Shown here: piece by piece, positions 42,680-53,968 of the stretch | How positions within the stretch are numbered: the first letter of the stretch is position 1 | Layout: the number at the start of each line of letters is the position of its first letter | Assembly (NCBI GenBank): GCA_963769935.1 | Contig: CAVYNY010000015.1 | Location: 89,266-153,265, forward strand | Length of the DNA: 64,000 nucleotides | Direction: 5' to 3' | Source of the DNA: an uncultured delta proteobacterium | GTDB lineage: Bacteria; Desulfobacterota; Desulfobacteria; Desulfobacterales; JAFDCJ01 | The notes under the pieces: model-generated | What the model saw: only the letters and a program-made list of their open reading frames with translations | What the model was told of the DNA's origin: nothing | Database searches by the model: none | Translations under genes and position numbers: made by a program

Positions 42680-43467
42680 TTAAACATCCCAAAACACAAG
42701 GTTTTCCGCCTTCAATATCTTTGTTTTCGGCCCTGAAAAGTGGATTATAGACCCGCTGAGGTTCAGGAAGTTCAAAACCTTCTGTGCTTTTTCGAATTTG
42801 ACGGCCGATGGCAAAACCGCCCATTTCGTTTCTGACAGCCTCCACATACGACTGACTCCCAGTTGCGATGCTTTGTGTCCAGCATGCTTTCTCTGCATTT
42901 TATTGCTGGATAGTGCCGTCTCTACCCGGTCTCCATGCGCTTTCTGAAAATCATCAAAATTATTATAGCCTGAAGATGACCAAGGGTATCATAATCAATT
43001 AGAATATTTTTCCGCCGCGGGCGCTGGATTTCGTTATAGCCTCCATGAGGCCATTGTTCCGGATGGCTTACAACCCCGGCTCGAACCATATTCAGGTCAA
43101 TATATAAGAGACAACGCAATAAATGCTCACCTGTTTCAATAGCCGTGGCATGGTATCGGTCTTCCCAAAATGCTCCCTTTCTCTTTTTTCTCTGGTTATA
43201 TTCCTGATCTGTCCCGCCGGCTAAAAGCTGGATGGACCGTGGAATCGTTTCACTGTCGTCCTTTCCATATACGACCAGATGAATGTGATTAGAGGTAACT
43301 GCATAATTCAGATAATCACGAAGCCATATCGTTTCTTCGCCTCGTACAACCATTGCATCCACCGAAGCCGGTCTTTACTGAATCTAAGCAGAAATTCACA
43401 CTTATGACAGCGATGTGTTAGATGCCAAACATGACCTGGAAACAAAATGACGACTTGCTCGTGCCAC
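42680..43467 (-). pseudogene. Y1 (IS200-like/RAYT) transposase of a second subfamily, frameshifted
   Basis: VWHLTHRCH, TSNHIHL, FWEDRY and YIDLNMVRAG motifs. Confidence 0.8.
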
Positions 43468-43555
43468 TATATTTCCCTATATGTGCTATTTTCGCCTCGA
43501 AAATGAGCTTATTGCCCCTAAACAAGACCCTTTTTAGTATTTTTGCACTTTATTA

Positions 43556-44035
43556 CTAATGAGTTAACTTGGCTGACACCGAATAGCCACAAGATACACA
43601 AAAATCCTGGTAAGCTGCCGGAATTACGTTTATTTTTTGTGTTGACGCGTCCATCTTTGCAAGATTTGCCATGCAGGGAATTAGATAATAAGTGCCTGGT
43701 TTGATTGATTTTAGTCGCTTTAACGCGTCCATTTTTGCAAGATGTTTCGCGTGGCGTTTGGCATCGCGTTGTTTTTGCAGCATGCGGTTGCGCTCACGGT
43801 ACTGCGGGTGGCTGTCACGGTACTGTTGCCAGTAGCCTGGATGCTGCGTTTGCCACATTTGCCGGCTGTCTTTCTGGTTTTGTCGATAATCGTCGTCGGT
43901 AGTCATCTTGCGCCGTTGCCAGCGGCTTTTGCGGGCCCGCTGACAGATATCTCGACTGCAATATTTTTGATTTTTGACTCGCGGATTGGCTATAAAGAGG
44001 CGGCGGCAATGGACACAGCGCTTTTGCGGTTTCAT
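43556..44035 (-). CDS. Hypothetical Cys-rich protein, probably an IS21 passenger gene
   Basis: CxxC..QKYC..CQ.ARK; LAKMDA twice; lies just inside an IS21-like end. Confidence 0.55.
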   Translation of the reverse strand: MKPQKRCVHCRRLFIANPRVKNQKYCSRDICQRARKSRWQRRKMTTDDDYRQNQKDSRQMWQTQHPGYWQQYRDSHPQYRERNRMLQKQRDAKRHAKHLAKMDALKRLKSIKPGTYYLIPCMANLAKMDASTQKINVIPAAYQDFCVSCGYSVSAKLTH

Positions 44036-44184
44036 AGTCTCCCTCCTGGGGAAACCATAAACCGATTAGCTTGAGTTAAAAATCCGAAGGATAAGAACAA
44101 AATCCAAAGAAAATAATATTTTAAATTTATTTGAGGGAAGAAAAGAAGAAAATTTAAAAAGAGTAATTTTATTCCGCCCCCTAT

Positions 44185-44236
44185 TGGGGACTATTCAACC
44201 GGCTATAGTTGGGTACTTTTTTCCCGGCGTCAACAA
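44185..44236 (-). mobile_element. IS21-family terminal repeat
   Basis: On the - strand: TGTTGACGCCGGGAAAAAAGTACCCA..GCCGGTTGAATAGTCCCCA tandem repeats. Confidence 0.6.
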
Positions 44237-44444
44237 ATGAGATCTTGTATCCTTAAAACCGCATTTTCAGGGCTCAAAATATTCTTTTAACCTACATTTC
44301 GCGCCTGTAAAATTAAATTTCAGAATTTATGCAGTTATCGCCAATAATCACCCTAACTTGCTTATATTACAACAAATAAAAAAATCTAGACATTGCCCTT
44401 TAATTGTTTTATAACGCCTTATATCAGCCAAATAGGAGGCGTTT

Positions 44445-46127
44445 ATGAAGCAATTTGAGACGCGGTTCAAACAGGTCGATGTTTTACCAATGGTCAAGCA
44501 TTATATGAGCTCGCTTGATCTGTATAACTTATTTAAAAAATATGTTCCAGCCTCTAACAGTTGCCTGGCCGAGCATGCGGAAAGTCTGTGCATTATTACC
44601 GCTAATATTATCTGTGACAACAAGCCACTATACAAAGTTCAAGAGTGGCTGGCAAGATATGCCGACGGACTGACAAATGAATCCGTAAATGCCGACAAGT
44701 TTAACGATGATCGCTTAGGAAGGTCTCTTTGCGCACTTTTCCAGGCAGATCGGCACTCGTTAATGACCGAGGTATCATGCAATGCCATTAAACTGCACAA
44801 ACTGCTGACAGATGAGATCCATAATGACAGCACCACGGTTACATTCAAAGGCCAATACGCAACCGCTGACCCGGATGCAGTTCAACTCAAGTATGGGCAT
44901 AATAAGGATTTTCGTCCGGACTGCAAGCAGATTGTTTTTGGTCTGAACATCACTGCTGACGGTCATGTCCCGCTCAGCTACAAGGCTTATAATGGCAACC
45001 AAGATGATGACACAACTCATATTCCAAACTGGAATCAACTGCGTGCCTTGATACGCAAAGAAGACTTTATTTACATCGCCGACTGTAAATTATGCAGCAA
45101 CAAAAATCTGGCATACATTGATGAAAATAACGGCTACTTCATTACCATCATCCCAAAATTTCATAAAGAATCAACAAGCTTTATGCAATATATTAAAACC
45201 AATGAGGTTGAATGGGAAGATGCTTTTGAAATCCAACATTCTCGCAAAAAACAACAAGCCAATAAGTATAGAACATATGAGGCTGGCAAAAACAAAAAAG
45301 GCTATCGAGTTATATGGGTGCATTCCAGTTTTAAGGATCAGGATGAAAAAAATAGAAGGCGCAAGCAGATAGAAAAAGCCCAACAGGCGATGGAAGAACT
45401 GATACCAAAGCTTAACGCGTATCACTTCAAAACACAAAAACAGATTAGCAAAGCGGTTAATACAATCTGTAAGCCAGTACAAGGGTTAATCGATGTAAAA
45501 ATCACAAAAGGTCGCAAGCAGATTTGCAAGAGAATCCCATCAACCAAGCGGCAATCAGGCGATCCAATTTATGAAAATAAATGGTCATTTAATTATGGAC
45601 TTGAATGGAAGATAAATGAACAAGCCGTTATAGACGAATCAAAAACAGACGGGCTGTTCCCTCTTATCACCAATAATCACTTGTTGGATGCCGGCGAAGT
45701 GCTCAGAATGTACAAACGTCAAGCCTATCTTGAAAAAAGGATGTATACCAAAAAGTCAATATTAGATATTGCCCCGGTCTTTCTTAAAAAGGAAAGGCGG
45801 ATTGAAGCCGTATTGCTGCTTTATTTTTTTGCACTGATGATCGTATCTCTTATTGAAAGAAATATACGATTGAATATGACAAAGCAGCAGATAGAAAAAC
45901 TTCCGATACTGCCCCAGAAAATGAATACCAAAAAGCCGACCTGGAATAATATTCGCTATTTTTGTCGAGATATTCACCTGTCAGTAATCCTCAGAAATAA
46001 AGTTGCAATCCAGGTAGATGTGCAAGGGCTTAGCGATATGCATATAAAAGTCTGCGAGCTAGTTGAGGTACCGAGTTCGGCTTATAAAAATTTACATGAT
46101 CAATGGTGGTTGTTTGAAGGTACGTAA
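44445..46127 (+). mobile_element. IS1634-family transposase
   Basis: NDDRLGRSL, HNDSTT, GHNKDFRPD.KQ, YIADCK and PVFLK..RI motifs; low GC. Confidence 0.85.
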
Positions 46128-46298
46128 CTGAATTTTTGATAAATATAGCTTGAATTAAAATTAAAATATTTTCGATATACGAAATATAAGTTTTAAGGTC
46201 AAAAATCACCCTACTTTACAACTTTTTTACTATAAATACAAAACCTTACGGTGGTTCGACCCAATAGGCAATAGGCAGGCCATGCCATTGTTGGCCGT

Positions 46299-46634
46299 TT
46301 AATAAATGCAGGCATCCAGTATAGACAGCACTTCAGCCAGCAATTCATCTTTGCCGCGTTCGATTCGCTTGGCAAGACGAGCGCGGAAATCAACTGATTT
46401 AACTTGCTCAACCATAATAAATCCTGTCAACTCACTGTCTTTAGGGACGGGAACATGAAAGGGGAATCCACGGTCTGTGTTCGTAACCGGGCATACAATT
46501 GCCAAACCTGTGCTTCGATTGAATAGATCTTTGCTGACAACCAAAGCAGGACGTCGCCCCTTCTGCTCATGACCGGATTGTGGATCAAATGTGATTGCGA
46601 TAATGTCCCCTTGCTTGGGGACATAGCCAGCCAT
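46299..46634 (-). CDS. mazF: PemK/MazF toxin
   Basis: FDPQSGHEQKGRRPALVVS. Confidence 0.92.
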   Translation of the reverse strand: MAGYVPKQGDIIAITFDPQSGHEQKGRRPALVVSKDLFNRSTGLAIVCPVTNTDRGFPFHVPVPKDSELTGFIMVEQVKSVDFRARLAKRIERGKDELLAEVLSILDACIY

Positions 46635-46883
46635 TTACCAAACCTCCTTACCAACCGGCTCACCCCAGTCGACTTCTCCGGTTTGGTAATTTTCGGAAAT
46701 ATGTGCGACAAGATCCTCAAGGCGGTGTTTGCCACGGATCCTTTTGGCAGGTGTGACAATCATAGTGCCGTCTTTTACACGGATGTCCACCTCATCACCG
46801 ACTCCAAGCTGCGCATCTGCAAGTAGATTCTTTGTAAGACGAAGCCCTTGACTATTTCCCCATTTCTGAATTTTGACGAGCAT
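46635..46883 (-). CDS. mazE: AbrB/MazE antitoxin
   Basis: KWGNSQGLR..DWGEPVGKEVW. Confidence 0.92.
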   Translation of the reverse strand: MLVKIQKWGNSQGLRLTKNLLADAQLGVGDEVDIRVKDGTMIVTPAKRIRGKHRLEDLVAHISENYQTGEVDWGEPVGKEVW

Positions 46884-47048
46884 TTGACCACCTCCTAATG
46901 TATATCCGAAGTATAGCCATTCTAAACGACATGGTCAAGTACTAATTTAGGCCAACGTCCCGGGATGAGATGCAGGCCACCATAACGGCATTAAGTCCGA
47001 CCCCTTTTTAACTATTCAGCGAGGGAGTGAAACCCCGCAGCGGGAGGG

Positions 47049-48053
47049 TCAGCTCGATCTGCTCCAGTTGAGCTTAACGACGTGGTCGTTCTCTTGCGCC
47101 GGCACCGACAGCGCGGAGCTGCCCGTACCGGTCATCGTGATGAGGGAGGCGCCGTTGAGGTTGTCAATGTTCCCCGCGCCGCCGGCGATGCACTCGTCGA
47201 AGTAGCAGGCGGCATAGTCGGTGAGGTTGGCGACCGACCCGCCGACGGTAGGCCGCTCGACGATCCACTCGGCCACGTTGCCGGTCAGCGTCGTGCCGGA
47301 CGGCGGGGTGATCTCGAAGCGCGTACCGATGCCTTCAGACTGGTTGCTGAAGTAGACCGTCGCGTGGGTGGTCGTGTCGGCACAGATGAGACAGTACATG
47401 ACGTCGCCCGCCGAGACGGGGAGGTTGTTGATCTTCACCTCGCCCGCCGGAAACCACTCCCACCACGTATAGATCTGCTTAACCGTGGCGAAGAGGACCT
47501 TCGTGATCTGGGTCTCCGTGCCTGCCTGGAGCACGTCGTTGGAGTGCCACCCGTCGATGCCGACCCACTCCGAAGCGTAGTAAGCGCCGTCGGCTTTCGT
47601 GTTCGGACTCGGTACGGTCCACTGTCCGCCGACGAAGCTGTAAGGCTTGCCGGTTGGGGAGAATTTCGCCGCGCCGGACCAGTTGTTGGACGTGGCGTTG
47701 GAGACGCCCGGCGAACCCAAACGCGCGGTGACGGCTCGCCGGTCAGACCCACGCGCCGGGCCGTGCGTGATGTGTTCGTGGTGCTCGAACTCTGGGGTGA
47801 TCCACAGCTGAGTGCGGGACATGGTCCGGTCCCAGAGCTCGCGCAGTTGCGGCTCCTTCTTGGCATCGGGACGGCGCGGGAGCCGGTGTGCCGCAAGCTG
47901 CCGAGCCGTTGCCTTCATTGGGTCGAACCCCTTAGGCAGCGGACCAAGACCCCGTATCTGGAAACCCTTTCTGATCAAGCTCTCCGGAACGATCGCCGCC
48001 GGCTTCTGCATCTTTCTGCTGCCTCTGCTCCCACGCGAGCCTGTAGTTGCCAT
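47049..48053 (-). CDS. G1 glutamic peptidase (eqolisin-like)
   Basis: SNNWSG, WVGIDG, LQAGT, WWEWFP and AEWIVE motifs. Confidence 0.85.
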   Translation of the reverse strand: MATTGSRGSRGSRKMQKPAAIVPESLIRKGFQIRGLGPLPKGFDPMKATARQLAAHRLPRRPDAKKEPQLRELWDRTMSRTQLWITPEFEHHEHITHGPARGSDRRAVTARLGSPGVSNATSNNWSGAAKFSPTGKPYSFVGGQWTVPSPNTKADGAYYASEWVGIDGWHSNDVLQAGTETQITKVLFATVKQIYTWWEWFPAGEVKINNLPVSAGDVMYCLICADTTTHATVYFSNQSEGIGTRFEITPPSGTTLTGNVAEWIVERPTVGGSVANLTDYAACYFDECIAGGAGNIDNLNGASLITMTGTGSSALSVPAQENDHVVKLNWSRSS

Positions 48054-48106
48054 AATTGTCCTCCTTTCTGTATGTACAAAATGTTAACTATTATTCACTA
48101 TTCAAC

Positions 48107-49319
48107 GGGCTGTTGCCCAAATCCGATTTTAATTACTACCCCCGGTTTAAGTGTAGCAGAATATTTTTGATTTTTTTATTTTAAATCCGCATAGACACCC
48201 AATATACGCTTGATCCTAACGATGGCTTGTGCTAAAGTGGCGAAAAATATAACTTTAGCGGAGCATTTATACCATGATGGGGCGCCAGTCAAAGGTTCAA
48301 AACAAGCTCTTTTACACCGCAAATGCCTTCAACAATTCGGTGGTCAACCAAAAATCGCTAAAGCGCTACTTCAATAAGAGCTATCAGATCCTGGAATCAC
48401 GTTTAGAGCAGCAGGCGCAATCTTGCAACAGCGATGGAGCTGACCCCGGGTGAGGTACATGAAGCATACCGCATGCAATCATTAATCGACACCCATGAAA
48501 AGAACACAGAATCAGCAGTTGAAACGGCCGTCGCCGACAGCAAATACGGCAGCATCGAAAATTACCTGGCCTGTCACGATCGCGGCATCAAGGCCCATTT
48601 CACATCCCTGGAGGAAGCCCAACACGGTACCGGCACGAAAAAGGGTATCTTTGACAAAGCGGCTTTCACCTATCATGCTGAATCCGACACCTTTATCTGT
48701 CCGGCCGGCCAAACCCTGAAAAGACGCAATTTTAATAAAAAGCGTCAACACCATGAATATATTACTGCCGCGGGCACCTGCAACCGTTGTCAACTTAAAG
48801 CGCAGTGCACTAAGGCTAAATCCGGACGGACTCTCAAACGCCACATCCGTCAAGATGATTTGAATTCCATGCTCCAGCAAGCCCGCAGCCCGGAATCTAA
48901 AAAGGACATCCGAACCCGTCAGCATCTGATGGAAAGAACATTTGCCCAAGGCACCCGCTATGGATACCAACGTGCACGCTGGCGAGGGCTGTGGCGCGTT
49001 CAAATTCAGGAATACCTGACGGCGGCGATCCAGAACATTAAGATTCTAGTCCAAAATGTCAAAGAGCCAGCCCCGGCATTGCAGATGCGAGCGGCACCAG
49101 AGGTTGCTGGCGCGGCAAGCAGAACAAAGTGCTATGGCTTGAATAATTTATTCACCCCGCAAAGGCGCGGTATCGAGCGCTTCTGTTTCCTCGTGCGGAA
49201 GAATTTAGCTTACCGTCCGGCTGAGATCGTGGCCTGAGCTGCCATTTAGCAGCATTCAGAAAATAAGTAAAATTCACCCGAAATTTACTTTCACTCAATA
49301 GCGATTCGGGCAACAGCCC
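48107..49319 (+). mobile_element. IS1182-family element, internally deleted
   Basis: IRs GGGCTGTTGCCCAAATC and GATTCGGGCAACAGCCC; MMGRQ N-terminus; ADSKYG, CPAG and R..LMERTF C-terminus. Confidence 0.82.
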
Positions 49320-49912
49320 GTCAAAATTTGACACCCAGTTTCTCAGCTTAGCACGGGCCCTCACCGAAACGCGTCTGTTTTTCAAACTCTTGCTGCCCAA
49401 TGGTGAAAAAAATCGCTGGACTCCCATTTGGGCAGCATTTATAGAGTGCTGTGCGCGATATAAGGTGAAGATCAAGCCAAACCGACAATTCCCACGGGAT
49501 CGGCAGCAGTATCGAAGAAAGAGCCGCGGTCTAGAACGCAAGCGCCCGGGGCGCAAACCCATAGCTACCAAAGCGGCCCCGGCTCTGTTGTCTCGACCGG
49601 AAACCCTAAAAAACTGCAAGGACGGGCTGTATCTGTTAAGTTAACGGCATTAGGTCCGACCCAATATCAACCGATCGGCGCAACGCCACTCAGGCCATAA
49701 ACCGCCCTGCCTTTTGAACCTCCCCGCCATGTCCACCCCAGCACCCTGATCCACATCTTGGCTCAGGCATGCACTCTTGAACGCACACAGAGCCTTTGGA
49801 CGGAGATTTCGGCGATGGCGGATAAGTTCAGGCGCACTTACATCTCGGCGAGCCACCAGCTGTTCCGCGGCACAGCTGTTGACAATCCGCCGGATGCCCC
49901 AGCTGCCCCTCA

Positions 49913-50659
49913 TCACCGCGTCATCAGCGCGAACACACCCCAGCCTAGGTATTCACGCGTGTAAGTGGCGTAGCGCTCGGGTTCCGAGGTCAGTTTGGCT
50001 CGAACATCTTTCGCGAACTCGTCGTCGGGATTGGCTTCAAGCCATCGGCGCATGGTGAGCCACTTGGCCGCCTCGTATCTGTCCCAGCCGTCTTGGTCTG
50101 CCAAAACCATTTCCACGACGTCGTAGTCGAGGTGGCCGAAAGACGCGAGAAGTTCTGAAAGCATGAGAAAGTCGGAGATTGAGCCGGCAAGACACCCCTT
50201 GGCAACATCTTCCGTCGGCGGTAACTGCCGCCAGTAGGGCTCGCCGATGAGGATGATCCCTCCGGTGCGGAGGCTCTGCGCCAGAAGCTCGATGGTGCCG
50301 ACGACTCCCCCAGCGATCCACGTGGCACCGAGACAGGCTGCCACACCGGCCTTCTCGTCAGAGACGTAGCCGGCAGCATCGCCATGGATGAACTTGACTT
50401 GATCGGCGACGCCGAGTTCTTCAGCGCGGAGTTTCGCTTGCTCGGTGAACAACTGGCTCATGTCGATGCCGGTGCCGATGACTCCGTAATCGCGTGCCCA
50501 GGTGCACAGCATCTCCCCCGAACCGCTGCCGAGGTCGAGCACTCGGGTCCCCGTTTCCAGACGCAGCGCCGCGCCGAGAGTGGCGAGCTTTTCGGGTGTG
50601 AATGGGTTATGGATGCGGTGAGCACTTTCGGTGATGTTGAAGATCCGTGGAATGTCCAT
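49913..50659 (-). CDS. YjhP-like SAM methyltransferase (cassette)
   Basis: HRIHNP, LDLGSGSGE and REYLGWGVFAL motifs. Confidence 0.88.
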   Translation of the reverse strand: MDIPRIFNITESAHRIHNPFTPEKLATLGAALRLETGTRVLDLGSGSGEMLCTWARDYGVIGTGIDMSQLFTEQAKLRAEELGVADQVKFIHGDAAGYVSDEKAGVAACLGATWIAGGVVGTIELLAQSLRTGGIILIGEPYWRQLPPTEDVAKGCLAGSISDFLMLSELLASFGHLDYDVVEMVLADQDGWDRYEAAKWLTMRRWLEANPDDEFAKDVRAKLTSEPERYATYTREYLGWGVFALMTR

Positions 50660-50701
50660 TGCGGAAAATCTCCTTACGGGTGTGAATAGATTCGGTCACG
50701 G

Positions 50702-50824
50702 CACTAACGCGGCCATCTCCAGTGCGCAGGGTGAACGGGCCTTTACAAATGGCAATTAAACACAAAATTTGAAAAAGCTCAAAACGCCACGACCCTGCCC
50801 ATCTGGTGCATGGTGTTGTTCGCT
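50702..50824 (-). other. attC site (long)
   Basis: CACTAAC..CCATCTCCAGTGCGCAGGG pairs with CCCTGCCCATCTGGTGCATGG..GTTCGCT. Confidence 0.65.
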
Positions 50825-50830
50825 TCCTTC

Positions 50831-51592
50831 TTAGAAAACACTGTCAAGTTGAACATCCGATGAACATGTAAAGTCAAGTAGCTCTGCATAAACATCAACT
50901 ACAGACTTCCCTCCCGACATTATACGGATCAAATCGTCAACCCTAAATTTATGAAACGTTGACCGGCGTGGATTAAAAAAGCCCGCGTATTGCCATGGTA
51001 CATTATTAGCAATGCTACCAAGTGCCAAATAAATTACGAGCTGGCGAATATCTTTCCCAGCCAGAGTTCGTTTCACCGTTTTGACCTCGACAAGGTAATC
51101 ACCGATTACTATATCTGCCGCGCACGCACTAAGGAAGCCACAGCCCCTGATCGGTGAATGAAAAATGAAATTTTTAGCACCACCCTGTGCGGTAGCGAAG
51201 GCCTCGTAACGGGCAGCGAGTTGCAACCCCTCCTGGAACTCCGCAACGTTTAAGCTGCCGTCGGGAAGTACGGTTCTTCCTTCGTATCTGTTTATTAGAT
51301 CAAAGGCTGCTATCTGTGCTTCATTTTTTACGGAATCTTCATTGAAGGCCTCATGGACCGAATGACCACGGCTGAATGCTAAACGCGCAAGATGATATGC
51401 AAACTCTGATATAATTGCCATTTCTCGAGTTTCATTGCTGGTTTCTACTGGCTCTATTTCTTGATGGGTTGGACTCATTAGATGCTCTTCGTGACCAACG
51501 TTCAGGAGATGCACGCATGATGGTGTGAGAAGAGGTAATAGCTCTTGCCAGAAGTCTGGAAATGAGGCAGCAAATGCGCGTTCGGTTATCAT
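50831..51592 (-). CDS. Hypothetical protein with a PD-(D/E)XK-like motif
   Basis: ADIVIGDYLVEVK..RQLVIY. Confidence 0.6.
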   Translation of the reverse strand: MITERAFAASFPDFWQELLPLLTPSCVHLLNVGHEEHLMSPTHQEIEPVETSNETREMAIISEFAYHLARLAFSRGHSVHEAFNEDSVKNEAQIAAFDLINRYEGRTVLPDGSLNVAEFQEGLQLAARYEAFATAQGGAKNFIFHSPIRGCGFLSACAADIVIGDYLVEVKTVKRTLAGKDIRQLVIYLALGSIANNVPWQYAGFFNPRRSTFHKFRVDDLIRIMSGGKSVVDVYAELLDFTCSSDVQLDSVF

Positions 51593-51679
51593 ATTGGCGT
51601 GGCCATTGGGGTCGCCCATTAAAGGGCGACCCCAATAGGTAATAACGGTCTTTCGACCTCGTACAATCACTAATCAAGA

Positions 51680-51890
51680 CTTGATACCCAGTTCTTCCCA
51701 CAACACCCGCCCCAGTCGCTTTACAAAAGAATCACGATCGGCAACGTCCCAAAAGATTTTCCGGCGTTCGATTTCGCGCACTATGATATGGTGCAACGCA
51801 CCCGCGGCATCAATTCTGGCTTTTCTTGGCGTACCTGTTCAAATAGTCACAGAATTCATTTATATAATCAATAAACCAATACCCGTCCCC
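51680..51890 (-). mobile_element. Y1/RAYT element, 5' remnant
   Basis: Similar to about 55980..56162; ends in CAATACCCGTCCCC. Confidence 0.78.
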
Positions 51891-51937
51891 TTTACCCCCC
51901 GGTGCATTTAGTGGTTCGGTCTTTCATTTCTATAGAA

Positions 51938-52405
51938 TTATTTTAATTTTGCATTCCAATACTCTATATATGATAAATATGCCTCTTTTTCAGTTAAAAA
52001 CCTTATATGATGCTTTACATTTAATTTATAAGCAAGAAGATGGCTTTTACCCATTTTACGTGCTTTTTCGACCCTGTGGTTGCCATCAATAAGATTATAA
52101 TGGCCAGGAGATATTTCGGCCAGTATTACCGGTCGACAAACATTGACCGAATCCACATGAAATTCGTTTATCGATGAAAACGATTTTGGGAAATCAGCCA
52201 CCTTTATTTTTACAAGATCGAATTCATCTGGGTTATTTTTTATATGCTCGATCATTTTTGTGATATTAAAGACGAATATTCCATTTGGATACAATTCATC
52301 TCCATCACTAACAGGGCATGGCCTGAAATTTTTATCCACTTTCAACCTATCGGCTGCATGGAGTCTATCTATATCAAAATCAGATCTTTTCACTATCACT
52401 ACCAT
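51938..52405 (-). CDS. ParB/Srx N-terminal domain protein (cassette)
   Basis: PVILA..YNLIDGNHRVEKA. Confidence 0.75.
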   Translation of the reverse strand: MVVIVKRSDFDIDRLHAADRLKVDKNFRPCPVSDGDELYPNGIFVFNITKMIEHIKNNPDEFDLVKIKVADFPKSFSSINEFHVDSVNVCRPVILAEISPGHYNLIDGNHRVEKARKMGKSHLLAYKLNVKHHIRFLTEKEAYLSYIEYWNAKLK

Positions 52406-52416
52406 TTATTCTGTGG

Positions 52417-52519
52417 ACCGAACTCAGGGCGTGAGCAGCGGCCCAAGTAAATCTCAAGCTTGCACGGCTTTTATTTAAAACCGCTATCTACACGCCGTCT
52501 GCTCCACGCTTTTTTGTGC
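52417..52519 (-). other. attC site
   Basis: ACCGAAC..GCGTGAGCAGCGGC pairs with GCCGTCTGCTCCACGC, with extrahelical bases. Confidence 0.65.
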
Positions 52520-52613
52520 ATCCAGCAAGTTGCAGCCTCGAGTCGTCGTTAAATGTGGCGCCAATCGGTCCAAACAGCTTCGATCCAAGATACGATTCGC
52601 CCGGACCCGCGCC

Positions 52614-53280
52614 TCAACCAACCCCCATCTTCTGGAACTCAGTGATGGCACCACCGACGCCGTCAATGAGCATCTGTACGCCGATCACAGCGAGAATCAG
52701 GCCCATCAGTCGCGTAACCACCTTGATGCCGTTGTCTCCGATGTATTTGACGATCCGCTCGCCCGAGACGAAGAACACATAGCTTATGAGACAGAGTACG
52801 AAGAATGCACCGACAGTCACGATAAATTCTGATACGCCACCGGCTGATGCGAAGTTCATGGCGGTGGCGATCGTTCCGGGCCCTGCGAGTATCGGCATGG
52901 CCAGCGGAGTGATAGCGACCTCCAGCTCGGCGCCCAGGCTCTTCTGCTTGTCCTCCTCGCTGGGATGTTGAACCGAGGAGTGCTCGCCTCCATGCAGCAT
53001 TTGGTAACCGATCAAGGCAACCAGGATTCCACCCATGATGCGAAAAGCCGGCAGGGTAATGCCGAAAAGCTCGAATATCAGCTTACCTGCCGCTGAGAAA
53101 ACCACGATGATCACGAAGCTCACGATCAGCGCCTTGGCGGCAATCTTACGCCTGGCGACAGAATCGTCTTCAGCAGTGAGCCCCAGAAACACGGGTGTGT
53201 TGGCGATGGGATTCATAATGGCGAAGAATCCCATGAATACCGAAAAAGCATGACCAATAAAGGCATCCAAAGCGATCGTC
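52614..53280 (-). CDS. MarC-family membrane protein
   Basis: IMNPI, PLAMPILAGPGTI and TRLMGLIL motifs. Confidence 0.88.
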
Positions 53281-53407
53281 ACCTCCTCATTATAGGTGCG
53301 TGCGCGAGCTCCGGAGAAGCCTGCACGCTTGGTACGAGTGATTTCAGCTGCGCCTTGAGTCTGGCGGATTGATCTGCTCTCGGCCAACGCCTCATCACTA
53401 CAGTACC

Positions 53408-53534
53408 CCATAACGGCGCCGGTCACCTGCGCCAGAATTTACACTCAAATTTCTGACAACTATTTTCCTTTTTAAAAGCACGATATTTCAAAACGCTTCG
53501 GCTTCTGGAGTCAGGTGAACTGGCATTGTTAGTG
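53408..53534 (-). other. attC site (long)
   Basis: CCATAAC..TCACCTGCGCCAGAA pairs with TTCTGGAGTCAGGTGA..GTTAGTG. Confidence 0.7.
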
Positions 53535-53541
53535 GAATATA

Positions 53542-53846
53542 GGGGACGGGTATTGATTTATTGGCATATGTCATCCGCTTAGCTTGAGTCCCTTTGCTCT
53601 AATAATCTTTTCGCCCCGTTTTACCGATTGGCTGGCTGTGGGTTGGGAAATGCCAAGCCTTTTGGAAAGCTCCAAGGTGCTGATGCCAAGTTCCCGTGCG
53701 GCCCAGTAGCAGAGCACGCTGCCGGGCTTTAACCGTATCCGGGTATGTTGCAGCGCACCCGCAGCATCAATTCTGGCTCTTCTAGGCATACCTGTTCAAA
53801 TAGCGCCAAATTCATTTATGTTAATCAATAAACCAATACTCGTCCC
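53542..53846 (-). mobile_element. Y1/RAYT mini-element (transposase N- and C-termini fused in frame)
   Basis: Both termini present; ORF 53571..53789 joins MPRRARIDAAGAL to VLCYWAARELG. Confidence 0.85.
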
Positions 53847-53910
53847 TAATATCCCCATATGTTCATTCAGCATTTTCCTGCGACCATCTTTATCGACAGC
53901 AAGTTTTGCA

Positions 53911-53968
53911 GTCCAACAGCTTAATCACCGGCCCGGCCCTTAGGGTCCGTTGAATTTTCATGTTCGCT
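53911..53968 (-). other. attC-like site
   Basis: GTCCAAC..TCACCGGCCC pairs with GGGTCCGTTGA..GTTCGCT, 58 bp. Confidence 0.65.

Noticed and set aside
47082..48170. Long shadow ORFs (this 362-aa ORF, also 37160..38338 and 59467..60432)
   Set aside because: They are antisense or alternate-frame shadows of well-supported genes and have no recognisable motifs.
49322..49644. IS4-like transposase C-terminal remnant
   Set aside because: The basic tail is suggestive, but no catalytic motif or ends can be identified.
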